Notes: generated by a model from the letters alone, not told the origin. Shown: positions 45,245 through 57,722, counted from the whole stretch's first letter. The stretch: DNA of 63,664 bases, filler included, from Vannella sp. (GCA_023345925.1; 5 parts of 5 records of this genome joined end to end with filler, not necessarily neighbours in it); one strand, 5' to 3'. Program-made: numbers and translations.

Positions 45245-46546
45245 TTAGTCCCAGTCGCGGTTGGGGAGGAGAGCGGGTGCAAAGACGGTCCACATGTAAA
45301 GGCATCCAGCAATACCACACGAGAGGAGCTTGACAGAGACGGACACCCATCCAGAGTCGGTGGTGGCGGTGTCAGAGTCACCGGTGATCACGCTCCAGTT
45401 TGTGAGCAACATGCTGATGTACATGGCTCCCAACGCAAAGGCCAAGTGGAACATGGAGTAGCTGTAGCCAGTAGGTTTACCAAGGCCCTCTGTATCGTCT
45501 GCGTCAATGGCTTCGTCCTCTTGCTCTTGCTTGGAAATGAGGGATTCAGTATCATCGTATTCAATCTTTCGTAGATTGGAGGATCCAACGTTCACAGAGG
45601 CGTAGACCACTGAAATAACAGTGAAGAGCCCTCCAAATAGAAGAGAGAGGTAGTCAGGTGTTGTGGCAGTGCCTGAGCCCCACGAGAAGGGGATGGTACC
45701 GCAGGTTGGTTCGCTGAGGATGGCACTGTAAGTGTAGTAGGTGCAGTAGACAGAGAAAATGGCAGCTTGAAGTAAACCAGCCCGAGGGTTGAACTCATGG
45801 ACCTTAGGGTGGACCGACGCAATGCTGAGAACGAGACACATCAGAAGAACCGCCAGAATGATGAGCGAGTTCCACCAACAGTCTCCCTGACAGAATACAC
45901 TGAACATAATCACATCAAGGAAGACAGCAATGAAGAACAGCAGCCCAGTAACAACCAGAAGGGCGTAAAGGAAGATCTTGTCGCCCTCTCCAGTCTCGTC
46001 ATCAGGGTCGTTCTGCCATTTGTCAACCCAAGAAGCACTCCAAGAGTAGGCAAAGTCAATGAGAAGCACCAGTTGAATGAGAATGAAGAAGCCAGCGCCG
46101 ATAATGGAAGCCCAGGCGTAGTAAGTGAAGAAGCTGGTGGGGATGAAGAAGGAGATCACGGTGAGCCCCAAGAGAGCAGGCAATTTGAGAGGCCACCAGC
46201 CATCGTTTAGAATGGCTCGAACGTCTGTGGTGCTGCGGATGTTAATGAAGAGGAGGGCGAGAAGTGCGTGGAAGGTGAAGAGGGCGAATGATACGCGATA
46301 GACAGAGTAAGTCCCACATGTGGTCTCATAGCAAGTATCCTTGATGTAAGGCACATGGCTAAAGATGTCATATCCCCACACAGACATCACCCAGGCCAAC
46401 ACGCAGAAGAAAAGGAAGACGATGGAATACATCACCCGAGTGGCCACAGACTTGGTCACCTTCATCGCATATCCCGCACATTGACACGAAGCGCCGATGC
46501 AACATGAGCAAGCCAGAGCACTGCAACAGCTAAGGACGAGACCCAT
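45245..46546 (-). CDS. SERINC: Serine incorporator (SERINC/TMS1) membrane protein
   Basis: MG..Cys-rich N-terminus, SVYRVSF, FILIQLVLLIDFA, GLLQAA, YSYSMFH, AMYISMLLTNW, WTVFAP..PNRD. Confidence 0.95.
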   Translation of the reverse strand: MGLVLSCCSALACSCCIGASCQCAGYAMKVTKSVATRVMYSIVFLFFCVLAWVMSVWGYDIFSHVPYIKDTCYETTCGTYSVYRVSFALFTFHALLALLFINIRSTTDVRAILNDGWWPLKLPALLGLTVISFFIPTSFFTYYAWASIIGAGFFILIQLVLLIDFAYSWSASWVDKWQNDPDDETGEGDKIFLYALLVVTGLLFFIAVFLDVIMFSVFCQGDCWWNSLIILAVLLMCLVLSIASVHPKVHEFNPRAGLLQAAIFSVYCTYYTYSAILSEPTCGTIPFSWGSGTATTPDYLSLLFGGLFTVISVVYASVNVGSSNLRKIEYDDTESLISKQEQEDEAIDADDTEGLGKPTGYSYSMFHLAFALGAMYISMLLTNWSVITGDSDTATTDSGWVSVSVKLLSCGIAGCLYMWTVFAPALLPNRDWD

Positions 46547-46963
46547 CAGCCGGACGCCCTTGAAAAAATGAGAAAATTCAATTGAAAAGTTGTGAAATCG
46601 AAAAAGGTCGGAAGGCCACTTTTTGCAATCCATTTCTGTAGACAGAAATAATAGCCAAGATTATTGTTCAGATTATGGCGCGGTGAAAGTTGGCGGGGCA
46701 CTGCCAGTGAGACATTCGTCTTCGCAAATCCATCTGCTTTTTCGTTGGTCATAGAAGCCCAAACAAGCCTTCATTCATTCTGAGAATGCGAGAAGCTCCC
46801 CAGTTAAGATGCCCGTAACCGCGGAATGAACTCAGCTAGCGGTCGAAACGAGTTTCCCGGACCAATCAGAATCCGCATGATGATCATTAGATTCATTCAA
46901 CCTGCCACAAGGGAGGGCCACTGGGACACATCAGGCCCTTCTCGCTAAGAGAATCCAAGTTCT

Positions 46964-47992
46964 TTGTCGAATTACCCAAGAACGAAACTCTATTGGGGAA
47001 ACTGCGAGTGTTTTCTTCTTCAGAAGTGCACCAAACATCTCTTCTGGACTATATCGGAAGTCAGGAACTTGCGCAACTCTCTCTCGCGGGTGGAGAGATC
47101 TGAGCGCTACTGGAGGATTGAAACAGAGGAAGACCTGAGCAAAGATCAATGTCGCCAATTCGCGGGTGACCTCTTTAATGCGATATCAAAGTCCTCCTTC
47201 TGAACCAAGCGCAACCTTTGGAATCTAATCCTCACCAAAATGCTCGAGAATGACTCCGAGTGGTGTTCCTTCGGGAGAATCCCTGAGGTACCATGTTTAT
47301 CAGAAGTGAATCGGGAAGTGGCCAAGTGGCCAAGTGGGCGGAGCAAATCCAAGAGAAACACGATGACATCATTTAGGCAAAGCTGGTTATCTTACAGGGG
47401 AGTTTGGTGTGTGCAGTGTACACCAACTACTGCTTTTCCAAGGAAGAGATAGACCGATAGGGGAACTCATTTCTCATTCAAAGGCTTCTTTGTGCCAGTA
47501 TGCACTTTCGAGTGGCCAGATCCCTCTGGTGAAGAGGACCCTTCTGATCCGGCAGAGGTCACATCCCTTGAGGCTCCCATGCTCAAAGAACTGAATGCAC
47601 GAAATGTGATGTGCAAACTGGCACGAAATGTGATGTGCAGACTGAGAGATGAACACACCACCAACGTGCATACTGTCATGGTTTCAAGTGTTCGAGGAGA
47701 GCCATGCGTGGTGAGCCGACTCTCCGAGACCGATGAGCGTTCCACAGCCAGTGCTGTCACCGTAGCTACATTGATAATGCGAACGTTCTCCCATCGGCGT
47801 GGTTGCTCCTCCGGATCGTCAAAGAAGGAAAAAACGATCTCCATTGACGAGGACATCCAGCAATCGAGTCTGCCTCTCGGACAATCTCTTCTTCTCGTTG
47901 ATCTCCAACGCAATCTCTTGAAGCCTCGCAAAGCCTCCTCCTGTTCGATGTGTCGCAGATTCGGGTGGCGAGCGCTCTCCCATCGGAAGTGA
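46964..47992 (+). pseudogene. Possible decayed gene: one frame of ~343 codons with two internal stops
   Basis: ORFs 46964-47203, 47240-47452 and 47492-47992 share one frame; 24-nt tandem duplication at 47597-47644. Confidence 0.3.
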
Positions 47993-48142
47993 GGCGTATT
48001 CAATCAAAGTGGGGCTTTATGATTGGTCGCTTCCTTGAGCAAGCATCAGATCCCTTTGGTCCGTGGGGGAAACGGGGCGGCTACAAGCCTTGCTATCCGG
48101 TTTCGGGACATTTTTTGCAGACGAGTTGACAGGAGGGGTCCA

Positions 48143-51100
48143 TTAAATGGTGGGTTGGATGCTGAAAGATTCAATGTGTGACAGTTCCAAGTTGACTCTG
48201 AAGTGCACCCAACGGATTTTGACTTCAATCATGAACACTGCCAGGCAGACCAGCAAAACGGCTCCTCCCACCATTCCAAGGGAGATCCACGCAAGAGTAT
48301 TGCCTTGGCTAGATTGGCAGCCAGATTCCTCGTTTCCTATCAAGAGCAGAGCAAAGTTGGTGAGGTGATCGGTTTGACCACACAAAAGACTGCTATCACC
48401 TCCCTCTCCGTTGGGAGCTTTGGTAGTGCCAGTGGTGAGGCATTTGTCTTCGCATTTCCATTCGGCTTTGCGTTCGTCAAAATAGCTTAGACACACTCTT
48501 TCGCCCTTCTTTGTGTTGTTAGGCAGGGCCAAGCAGATGACCAGGGGAGAGTCTAATTGGGTGATGGAGTTGCCTTGACTGTCCAAAAGGGTGATGTTCA
48601 GGACAGCACTGGCCAGCACTTGTTCATTGGATGAGTTGCCGACGGCACTCCCCGCAAAGGAAGTGACTAGAGTAGTGTTCGCTTGGTTGCTCAAGTTGGG
48701 AGGCAGGAAGAGAGCTCCCACTGCCACTCCTGATTGGTTTCCTCTTGAAAGGTCTTGGAGCTCTACTAATCCATTGGAGTTGGGGTCGGAGGGGGAGATA
48801 ACGTTGACGATTAGAGAAGGGATTAGAGGTGGAGGGGGAGTGGCAGATGAGCTGATTGGTGAAGACTCGTTTTCAGAATTACTGGGACTAAGACTTGGAG
48901 CCAATGATTCGCTGAGAGGTGACGATAAAGAAGGAAAGCCACTTGCCGATAACAGGAGAGTGGGAGTTGCGGACTCACTGGTGCTATCGCTATCACTAAA
49001 GATCTCAGAGGAGCTGGCTGTTGGAGTCTCGCTTATTCTGGGAGAGGGTGTCTCTGATCCACTTTCACTGCGACTTGAAGAGGGTGTTAGAGAATCACCA
49101 AAAGAGGGGATACTCGAGGCACTTTCAATACTACTTGGAGATGGTGTTGCTGAGTCAGCGGGAATCATGCTTGGAGAGTGAGAACCAGATGTACTTTCAC
49201 TGGCAGAGCTTGAGCTGCTCTCAATTGCACCAGCTGAAATCGAGGTTTCGTCACTGCTACTCAAAGAGGGCGTTGTGGAACCAGAGGGACTTCCACTCAT
49301 GCTCGGGGAGCCTGATGCAGTCTCACTGGCTTTAGGGGATCCCGACACGCTCTCACGGGAACTAAAACTTGCAGTTGAAGAGTCTGATACACTGTGGCTT
49401 TCGCTGAAGGAAATTGATACACTCTGACTCGCGCTTGGAGTACCTGATACACTTTTACTGCAGGAGCTTGATGCGCTCTCACTGGGAGAGCTTGATGCGC
49501 TCTCGCTCGTACTCGCGCTTGAAGAGTCAGATGGACTATTACTGGCACTGGAGGAGGTTGATGTACTCCCGCTGGTACTCATAATCGCGCTTGAAGAGTC
49601 TGATGAACTAATGCTGACACTGAAGGAGCTCGATGTACTCTCACTGCCACTTGAAGAGGGTGTTACTGAATCAGTCAGACTGACAGAAAGGGAGGATGTG
49701 ATTGTGACTGACAGACTGATAGCGAAAGAGGGGGAAGCTGAAGGCGAGAGCGAAACGCTTTCAGAACAAGAAGAGGAAGCCGTGACCGATTCCGAAGAGG
49801 TTCCGGAAGCAGAATCCGATGGCGAGCAAGTTCCAGAGTCAGATCCAGAGCTAGAAAGAGAGGGAGCAGAAGATGGAGTGGGGCTTGAAGAGATGCTAAC
49901 GGAATGAGATTGCGAGGGACTGATACTGGGTGTTACAGTTTGAGAATCACTTGCTGAGGGAGAGGAAGAAGTGCTACTACTTGGCGATGCAGAGCAAAAC
50001 TGAGAAAAGCGGTTGGACGAAAAAGAGGTTTCCGCGACATTCCAAACCGTTTCTCCATTTCCTGCTGGTGTGGAGGAGGTTGTAGAATCATGGAAGCCTC
50101 TTTGAACAGAGACTGAATTGACAACAGCAGATGTTGTAGCAAAGTACCCCCCACCCCCAGCTCCTCCAACACCCGGAGTGGTGGCAACATAAAGAGGCGT
50201 TGAGCCGCCTCCCCCTCCCAAATTCCACGTGAACTGTTCAAGATTCAGCCCAGATGCGTTATTGCAAAGAATGACAGCTGAGCCACCAGCACCACCTATC
50301 AAAGACTCTTAAACTCCGCTTGTTTCGACTTGGCATGGCTTACCTCCAGGCCCACCGTCTCCGTAGTCTAAGAGAAACGCCCCAGAAGTCCCCTTCAGAT
50401 TGATGATCGGAGTGCCACTTATAGGGGCGATCCATTGGAATGCATGAAGATAGAGCAGACCCCCTCCAGGAAGGCCATCGCTGCTATTGGGGAAGGAAGG
50501 TTCGTTGTTGCGCGTAGCCCCGCCTCCTCCTCCACCTGGAGACCATCAGATCGCTCCAAGTCATTTGATCGGGTCGCCTTACCAAGAAAGATGCGGCTTG
50601 AAGCATTTGAGGGAGCCGGGGCTCCTCCTAAGCCAGGCGAGCCTGCCTGCGGATCTTCAACATAAAGGGCGCCATCTCCTCCCTTTCCTCCGTTTGCCCC
50701 TCCACCTCCTCCGGAGTCTCTCCAGTTGGAACCTCCTCCAGCATTGCCAGGCGCACCCTTTGCACAGTCGAGCCCTTCAGGATAGGTCGTGTCCGAAAGG
50801 CCCCCTTGGGGAATGGGGAAGCGGGGGAACCCGATGAAGCCTTCGCCTTTGGGGGCATTGTACACTGATGTATCATTGACTCGGGTAGCGGTGGTGTTGT
50901 CTCGGAACCTTTGGGGATCAAACAGAAGGCCAATAATGCCTCCCGTGATGGGGAACTTTGGTCCTCCTCGGAAGCCCTTTCCCTCCAAAGAGACGTTCCC
51001 CAGAAGTATGCGTTCTGCGATGACGACCAGAATACCGCCAACAGTGCCGTTCCAAGGAGGGACCATTGGATTCTCCACAGTTGCCTCCTTGCAAAGAGCG

Positions 51101-51516
51101 ACTTTGATGGCTTGGAATCGGTTGTTGTTGGTACTGGAGTAGGTGTAGAGGAGAGTGTCTGACAAGAGGATGATGGAGGAGTTTGCAACAGAAGCCACCT
51201 CGGCAAACTCGTACTGTCCAGCCAACCCCACGTTGGTGAAGCCGTTGCCTGTGTTGTTGTTTGCCCCGTAGTTCAGGTCGTCTGAGTTGTTGATGGTACC
51301 TCCTTGCACTTGAATGATCAACAAAACGTCTCCAACACCTGGAGAAAGAGAACCATCTGCGAGAACAAGCTGGGTCCCATTCGCCTCCACCCCGCTCCAG
51401 TACTCATTCACTCCTTTGCAAGTCTCCACACATACTGGATCACTCCCCGCGAATGAGATAATGAAGATGATCAGCCAGCACGATCGAAGGAGAAGCACCA
51501 AAGCAGAGAGAAACAT
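48143..51516 (-). CDS. Single-pass surface protein: bacterial-type Gly-rich head + Ser-rich stalk + GAIN/GPS + TM
   Basis: Signal peptide; GDVLLIIQVQG..YG..AGQYEF..FQAIKV..WNGTVGGI..GKGFRGG..GAPGNAGGG; stalk; CLSYFDE...WKC...CGQTDHLTNFALLL; TM. Introns 50536-50582 and 50296-50343. Confidence 0.85.
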
Positions 51517-51737
51517 CCAAAAGGGCAAAAGGTGTGGACCGTCTGCTTCGGGTTGGGGTTTATGTCCAAAATTCCGGAAAATCAAACATTTATGATTGTG
51601 GTTTATATAGGTCATATTCATTTTCTTTACACTTTTCCCCGCAGTGGAGCCCAAGAAAGAAAGGTCAATGAAAGTCGTCTAACATCCGATTGGTCGGCTC
51701 CGGGGCGGGCTTTGGAGCATTGTTTTTCCTGGTCGGC

Positions 51738-52988
51738 ATGCAGGCGGGTACCAGGCGGCTGCTGGCGGGAGGAGGGGGAGGAGGTGAAGCAGGACTTCTC
51801 ACCCTCTTGAATGACATGCCGCACCATCAGGAAGTGGCCATTGTGTGGATCATTGTGGGGGTGCTCATCGCTATCAACTTTGTTTGGGAGCTTTTGACGG
51901 ACTCTATCGAGCACGCCTTCTGGAGGAAGAACCGCCACGTGATCGTAATGTTAGAGAAGCTTTACAAAGGTTCGTCTGTCCTCCTCATCCCTTCCCATGG
52001 TCTCCTCTCATGCGTTACAGAGCTTACCATCGTTGGCATATGGTCTGTGTTCCTCTTTGTACTCACATCAGGCTTTGGTGTGGACAGTCCGACTCTCAAG
52101 CATGTGTTCGAACTTATCCACATTTCACTCTTCGGCCTGGTGCTCATTTACATCTCTATGGTCGTACTTATGACTCTTATTAGTCTTCTCATGTTCAAGC
52201 GCTTCCACTCTCTCGAGGAGCTCGAAGAAGGTAAGCTCACTGCCGACATGTTCTCTCCTCCTCGCACTACTGACAGGGCAGTGCTCAGAATCTGTCCTCC
52301 GGCTCTATCATGAGGAGAAAGAACGAAAGAGGAACACAAACTGCTTCCTCTACTACTTGAATGTGGTCGGGTTAGCGCGTACCATGATCAGGAGGTCACA
52401 CAACAACTACTACACCTTCCGCGCCTTCTTCCTGAACCAGCTGTCCCTGCCTGACAGTTTCCACTTTGATGCCTATCTCAAGCGTGCGATGAAAGGGACC
52501 TTTGCAGAGTGGGCACAGATCCACTGGTCGGTTTTGGCGATCGTTTTAGTTTTTCAGCTGGCTATTTGGATGGCTTTCGTCACGGTTTGGCCGCATCACA
52601 AGGGCATTCCAGTGACAGTGCTCTCTCTCATCTGCTTCTGCTCCTTCTTTGCGTTAGAAATGAAGATTGACATCGTCTACCTGATGCTTAAGGATCATCC
52701 TGAGCTGTGGTCCCCTCCAAACCGGTCGAGATACGGCGATGATGAGAAGGATCCTCATCATAACAAGGAAGGGCCGAGAGAACATGGATCCCCACAGAAA
52801 GAGGGATTTACAGCTGGCTCTTACGAGATTGAGTTGGACGACTTTTCCCATTCCGAGCATTCAGTGGTTAAGAAGCCAGATTTCCATTTGCGTGTTCATG
52901 AATCCAGCTCGGACGAGGACACAGAGAGTGGAGAGAATCACAATCATCGCCGAAAGGCCAATCGAAATGCTTCCAAAGTCCGGTATCA
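51738..52988 (+). CDS. MLO: MLO-family membrane protein, 3'-truncated
   Basis: MLEKLYK|ELTIVG, ELIHISLF, YYTFRAFF...FHFDAYLKRAM..F.EW..I.W match the MLO motifs LEKIKxELMLLG, HIFIF, YxxLRxGF, FDFHKYIKR. Confidence 0.8.
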
Positions 52989-53088
52989 NNNNNNNNNNNN
53001 NNNNNNNNNNNNNNNNNNNNNNNNNNNNNNNNTTAATTAATTAANNNNNNNNNNNNNNNNNNNNNNNNNNNNNNNNNNNNNNNNNNNN
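52989..53088. other. Artificial contig linker
   Basis: N-TTAATTAATTAA-N. Confidence 0.99.
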
Positions 53089-56000
53089 TCCGCAATGAGA
53101 AGCCAATTAGGCCCGAAATTTTCAACGGAGGACCGGATAAGCTGGTCTTCCTGCATTGAGAAAGGAATGCTGATAGAAGATGCTTCATCAACCGTGCGTT
53201 TGCGAGATGGCCGAACAGCAGCTTTCCTTGACATCTTATAACCAAATAGGGTCCCAACTTCCGAATGAGATTGGGCGGGCGCTCGGACCCTTTTCCGAAT
53301 GGTAGCTGTGGGGGGAGATGGTGGATTAAAGTCTTCGTTTTTGATGTGTTTGGGTTCGGGAGAGTTTTGAAGGCTGGTAGGACGGCGGCGCTTGCGCTCT
53401 GGGACGGGACGTTTACTTGTCCACTCAAAGAGGTCAGGATAGTCATAGAATGGTTCGTCATTTAAGAATGGTTCGTCGTAGTCAAATGGGTGGCAGTACA
53501 AGTGCTTTGGAGCTCTTGAGGAGGAAGGAGATGCATCCGAATTAAAGTGTTCGGCGTTGGTTGAGAAAATAGAAGGATTGAAGGAAAGAGAAGAAGAAAG
53601 ATGAAAAGGAGGTGAGGGAGGACCATACACAAGCATGGAGCCCTCCATTGCAGAGATAGCAAGTGCCAAGGCCGGCAGGTCAGTCTGTTCCCCAATGGGT
53701 TAGATACCGAGAGATCAATAGAATGCAACAACAAAGATAATCAGCAAACTCCTGTCCCAAGGGAGCTAGCCCTATGCTTATTGGAGTGGGTGCCTCATGG
53801 AAGAAGAGAAAGGAGAAGAAGGGATAGAATTAGAAATACCTCAAGAGGAGACTACCTCGTAATACAACGCCGAAGCGCCTTTGGCCTTTGGATCTTCCTC
53901 TTCGCGCTGCTCTGTGTCTCGGATGCGTCGCAAGGTGTCACGTTTCCACTGGGCCGCTTGATCATCCACTCGCTCACGGAGTGCATCCATTTCCTCTTCG
54001 TCTACAACTGGCACCACTTCTTCTAAGAACCGATAAGCGTACTGTTGCACTCCACTGAGGCGACTCTTGATGTAGTCCTCCGTTTCAGCAGCTTCGTCAA
54101 AGTCATCCTCTTGGGACAACTCAGCTTGAGCCTCGCGCATTGCTATTCGGTCGCTTTCATCTTCCAGCTCAGCCATGGCAGAAGCCATCTGCTCTCGCGT
54201 CAGTTTTTGAGAACCAACAGTAGGTTGTCCTCCTGCATCAGTCACCAGGTCAGTAAGGTCCACAGCCTGGAAGAAGTCGGTCGTGAAGTTTCCTTCTTGG
54301 ATAGCGAGAGTGTCTAACATTCGCTTTTGTTGAGCTTTCTTCAATATGTTCTCTTCAATCGTCTGTTGCGACACCAACCGGAAGATATGAACCTCCCGAG
54401 TTTGTCCAATGCGGTGGCAGCGGTCCTGCGCCTGCTGGTCCATGGCAGGGTTCCAATCTGAATCGTAGAAGATGACTGTGTCAGCTCCAATGAGATTTAC
54501 ACCACAGCCTCCACTTCGGGTGGAAAGGATGAACGCGAAGATCTTGGCGTCTTGGTTGAAGCGCTCCATTGCTGCCTGGCGAGCTTCTGGCTTTGTTCCA
54601 CCGTCCAATCTTAAATAAGTGTGGCCATGGAGGGTCAAGAAAGCCTCAAGGATGTCCAACATGCGAGTCATTTGAGTGAAGATGAGGATTCGATGACCAT
54701 TAGCCTTCCGTTCCCGGAGCAAAGCGGCCATAGTTTGCAGCTTGCCACAATCGAATTGTAGAAGTCGTTTTTCAGGAAGAGCTAACTGGCGGTGCTTTGT
54801 GACTGAGTGGAGAAGGTTTAAAAGCGGTTGAGTATGCTGCGACAGATTACCGCTGAACGTATCAAAGGATGCCTCCTGAAGTGGTCCGTGACGAAGGATT
54901 GGAGGAGGCGCTTGGACAACTGGGATATAGCAACTGTATCGATCCAGGATTGGCCGAATTGTATCTAGCTGTTGCTCGTAGGATTGCACAGCACCAAGGA
55001 GGGCGTTAGAGTACTCCATGTAACAGGTAGATCTGTTCGCAAGTCCGTGAATTTGGTTGGTCATCGTGGGAATAGTCAATGCTGCCCGGAGAGCCCAACC
55101 ATACAAAGGGGTCTTATTACAGCGGACATCGTTGATGTAAATAGTGTGATGTAGCCTATCAGACTCCTGTTGAGCTTCTCTGCTACTTTGAAGTTCTTTG
55201 ATGCGACCAAGCTCTGGATAAGTCGAGAGCAGATGTGTAATTCTGTCCTTCCGCTTTTGATTGCGAGTATTTGGGCGTACTGCCTTTGTAGCAGGCTCAA
55301 CATCTTCCTCCTCTTCGCCAGAAGTGTCTTCTACCATTTCAATGTCCGAAGACGCCTGTTGTTGCAGCAATCGAAGGAGATCTTCCGGTTCTGGCATGAT
55401 TTCTTGGACGGATAGGGATTGCTGAACTGAAGAGAATCTCTCTTCGCTCTCTTGAAGATGCGGGAGAAGGAAAAATGGTAAAACGGCAGGTTTGATGCAA
55501 ACAAGAGAAGGAGAGGAGAGTTCGATCCTCTCAATTTGGAGTGGAGAAGAAATTGCGCGCTCCTCAAAGAGATCCGGATGATTACAAACCTTCCGGAGCT
55601 GCATGAGCACATTCAAAACACTCAAATAGTTGCCTCCCTGCAGAGACTCTTGTGTTTGTCCTCGGGACATAAACTCATCGTACAAGAAACGTTGCCTCTT
55701 ACTGAGGGTGCAAGGAACAACGTGCTCATACTTGAGAGGAAGCTGCTTGGCAACATCCTTCTTCAGACGGCGCAGAAGGAATGGCCGAAGAACTCCATGT
55801 AAGCGAGCGATGATTTCCTCGTTGACCGTTGCCCCTGACTCAATCATAGAGCTGACAGGTGCCGAGAACCACTCCTGGAAATCCGAATGGCTTTGGAAGA
55901 TGTGAGGCATGAGGAAGTGCATCAGGGCCCACAACTCCATGAGATTGTTCTGAAGCGGGGTGCCAGTCAAGAGAAGGCGTCTTCGAGAAGAGAATTGAAG

Positions 56001-57722
56001 AAGAACCTGCCAACGCTGGGACCGGAAGTTCTTGATGTTATGCGCTTCATCAAGAATCAGGTAAACCCATTTCTTGCGTGACAGCATCGCTCGGTCCTGG
56101 GCAGCTAAATGATAGGAAGTAATGCACACGTGGAAAGCGTTGGGTTTGCTCCAGCCTTGTCGCTTGGCCTTCCGCTCCTTTTGGGTACCGTAATATGTGA
56201 GAACCTTCAGACTAGGACAGAACCGCTTGAGCTCTCGCTCCCAGTTGAGCATTACAGAAGTGGGGACAACAATCAGGTGGGGGCCCCATACCCCTCGTTC
56301 TCCAGCCAAATGAGCGAGCAAGGAGATGGTCATAATGGTCTTGCCCAAGCCCATCTCATCCGCTAAGATGCCATTGAGCTTTGCTTCATACAGAGAGACA
56401 AGCCACTCCATGCCAATGTGTTGGTATTCGCGTAACTCCCCGCGAAGCATAGTCGGTACAGGTGTCTTGATGACAGTTGTGGATAAAGTAGTACCAGTGG
56501 GCTGATGCTTTGTGGCATACTCTGCCGCCTTGTCAATGATCTGCTTGCGGTCTTCCTTCCCGCCTGCATCAGTCATCTTCATCTCCTCCTCATCTTCGAC
56601 CTGGTCCGTCTCCTCTGGAAGGCTATTGGCAGAGACATCCAAATCCACGGTAGAAGAAGACCCGCGAAGGTCTGCCGCAAGCCGATGGGAGTAGCGCTCT
56701 GTCTGGCCAACAAGGAACTCTAATTGCTGGTCACGAGCCTCTGCCATCTTCTCTTCGAGTCGAGCTTCGTGCTTGTGCTTTACAAGTGTCTCGATCTTGC
56801 CCCAGAACTGAGTTACTTGCTTGGCAATGTCAGAGGCGACTCTCCTGATCGCCGTTTGGGTCTCGCGAGCGCTGCGATGAACTGCTTGCTCTTCTGCTTG
56901 CTGTCGCCGTGTGATGATGCGGCCTATCTTCTTAGCCTGTGCTTGCTTGATGCGGCGCTCTTGGCGGAAGTCGTTGGACATCCAAACCATCTCTGCAAGA
57001 AGGTAATCCCAGTGGGTCTTCGCTTGTGGAGGCGCTGGGATCCGAGGCACACGTCTGGGGGTCCATTGGCCAGCAGCTCGAAGCGCTACTACTCTTTGAA
57101 TGAGTGCTGCGTCACGCCTGGCTTGCGAGCGCCCGTCTGATCCGAGTTCAACGGACATCTCCAGTACGGAAGGCAGTTGGTCAGGTCCAAGGACAGGAAC
57201 AACTACAGGGGCAGGGCGAGGAGGTGGAGCAATGCGTACAGGTGGTGGAACATCTTCAGCTTCGACTTCTTCATCGGAAAGCACGGCGGAGCTGGTAAGC
57301 TTCTTCGGTACCCTGCCTCTCTTCTTAGGAAGGCGTACGGGAGTAGAAGGGATGTCAGAGATGATAGCTTGAGAGAAAGGGTCAAAGTCGAGGAGGTTAG
57401 AGTCGGGTAGAGAGAGGAATTCGAGTTCCTTCTGCAAACGGTCTCGGTACTGCTCCTCAGCGAGCTTCTCTTGCTTCTTCGCATCAAGAGCCTGCTTTCT
57501 AAGGTCTGTGGTGTGTGGCTGTGATGTAATAGCGCTCTTCTTGAACTTAGCTGGCCTCGTATTCAGTGCAGAGCGGGAAGATGGACGCTTGGTAAGGAGA
57601 GGCTCATCAGATACGGTGAGGACGAGACGGGTACGTGTACGCTTCGTAGTTCTCTTTTTTCGTTGTATTGTTTTGATGCGAGGATCGAGGGGATCATCAA
57701 ACGAGTCGTGGCGGTTGGACAT
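53089..57722 (-). CDS. SWR1: SWR1/SRCAP/PIE1 chromatin-remodelling ATPase with HSA and C-terminal SANT, 3'-truncated
   Basis: HSA (KTHWDYLLAEMVWM), LADEMGLGKT, DEAH, split ATPase (FDCGKLQ), SDWNPAMDQQAQDRCHRIGQ; intron 53685-53855; SANT-like EDQLIRSSVENFGPNWLLIA. Confidence 0.95.

Noticed and set aside
47201..47203. In-frame TGA as selenocysteine or an alternative genetic code
   Set aside because: The second interruption is TAG, no SECIS is seen, and conserved genes here use TGA, TAG and TAA as normal stops.
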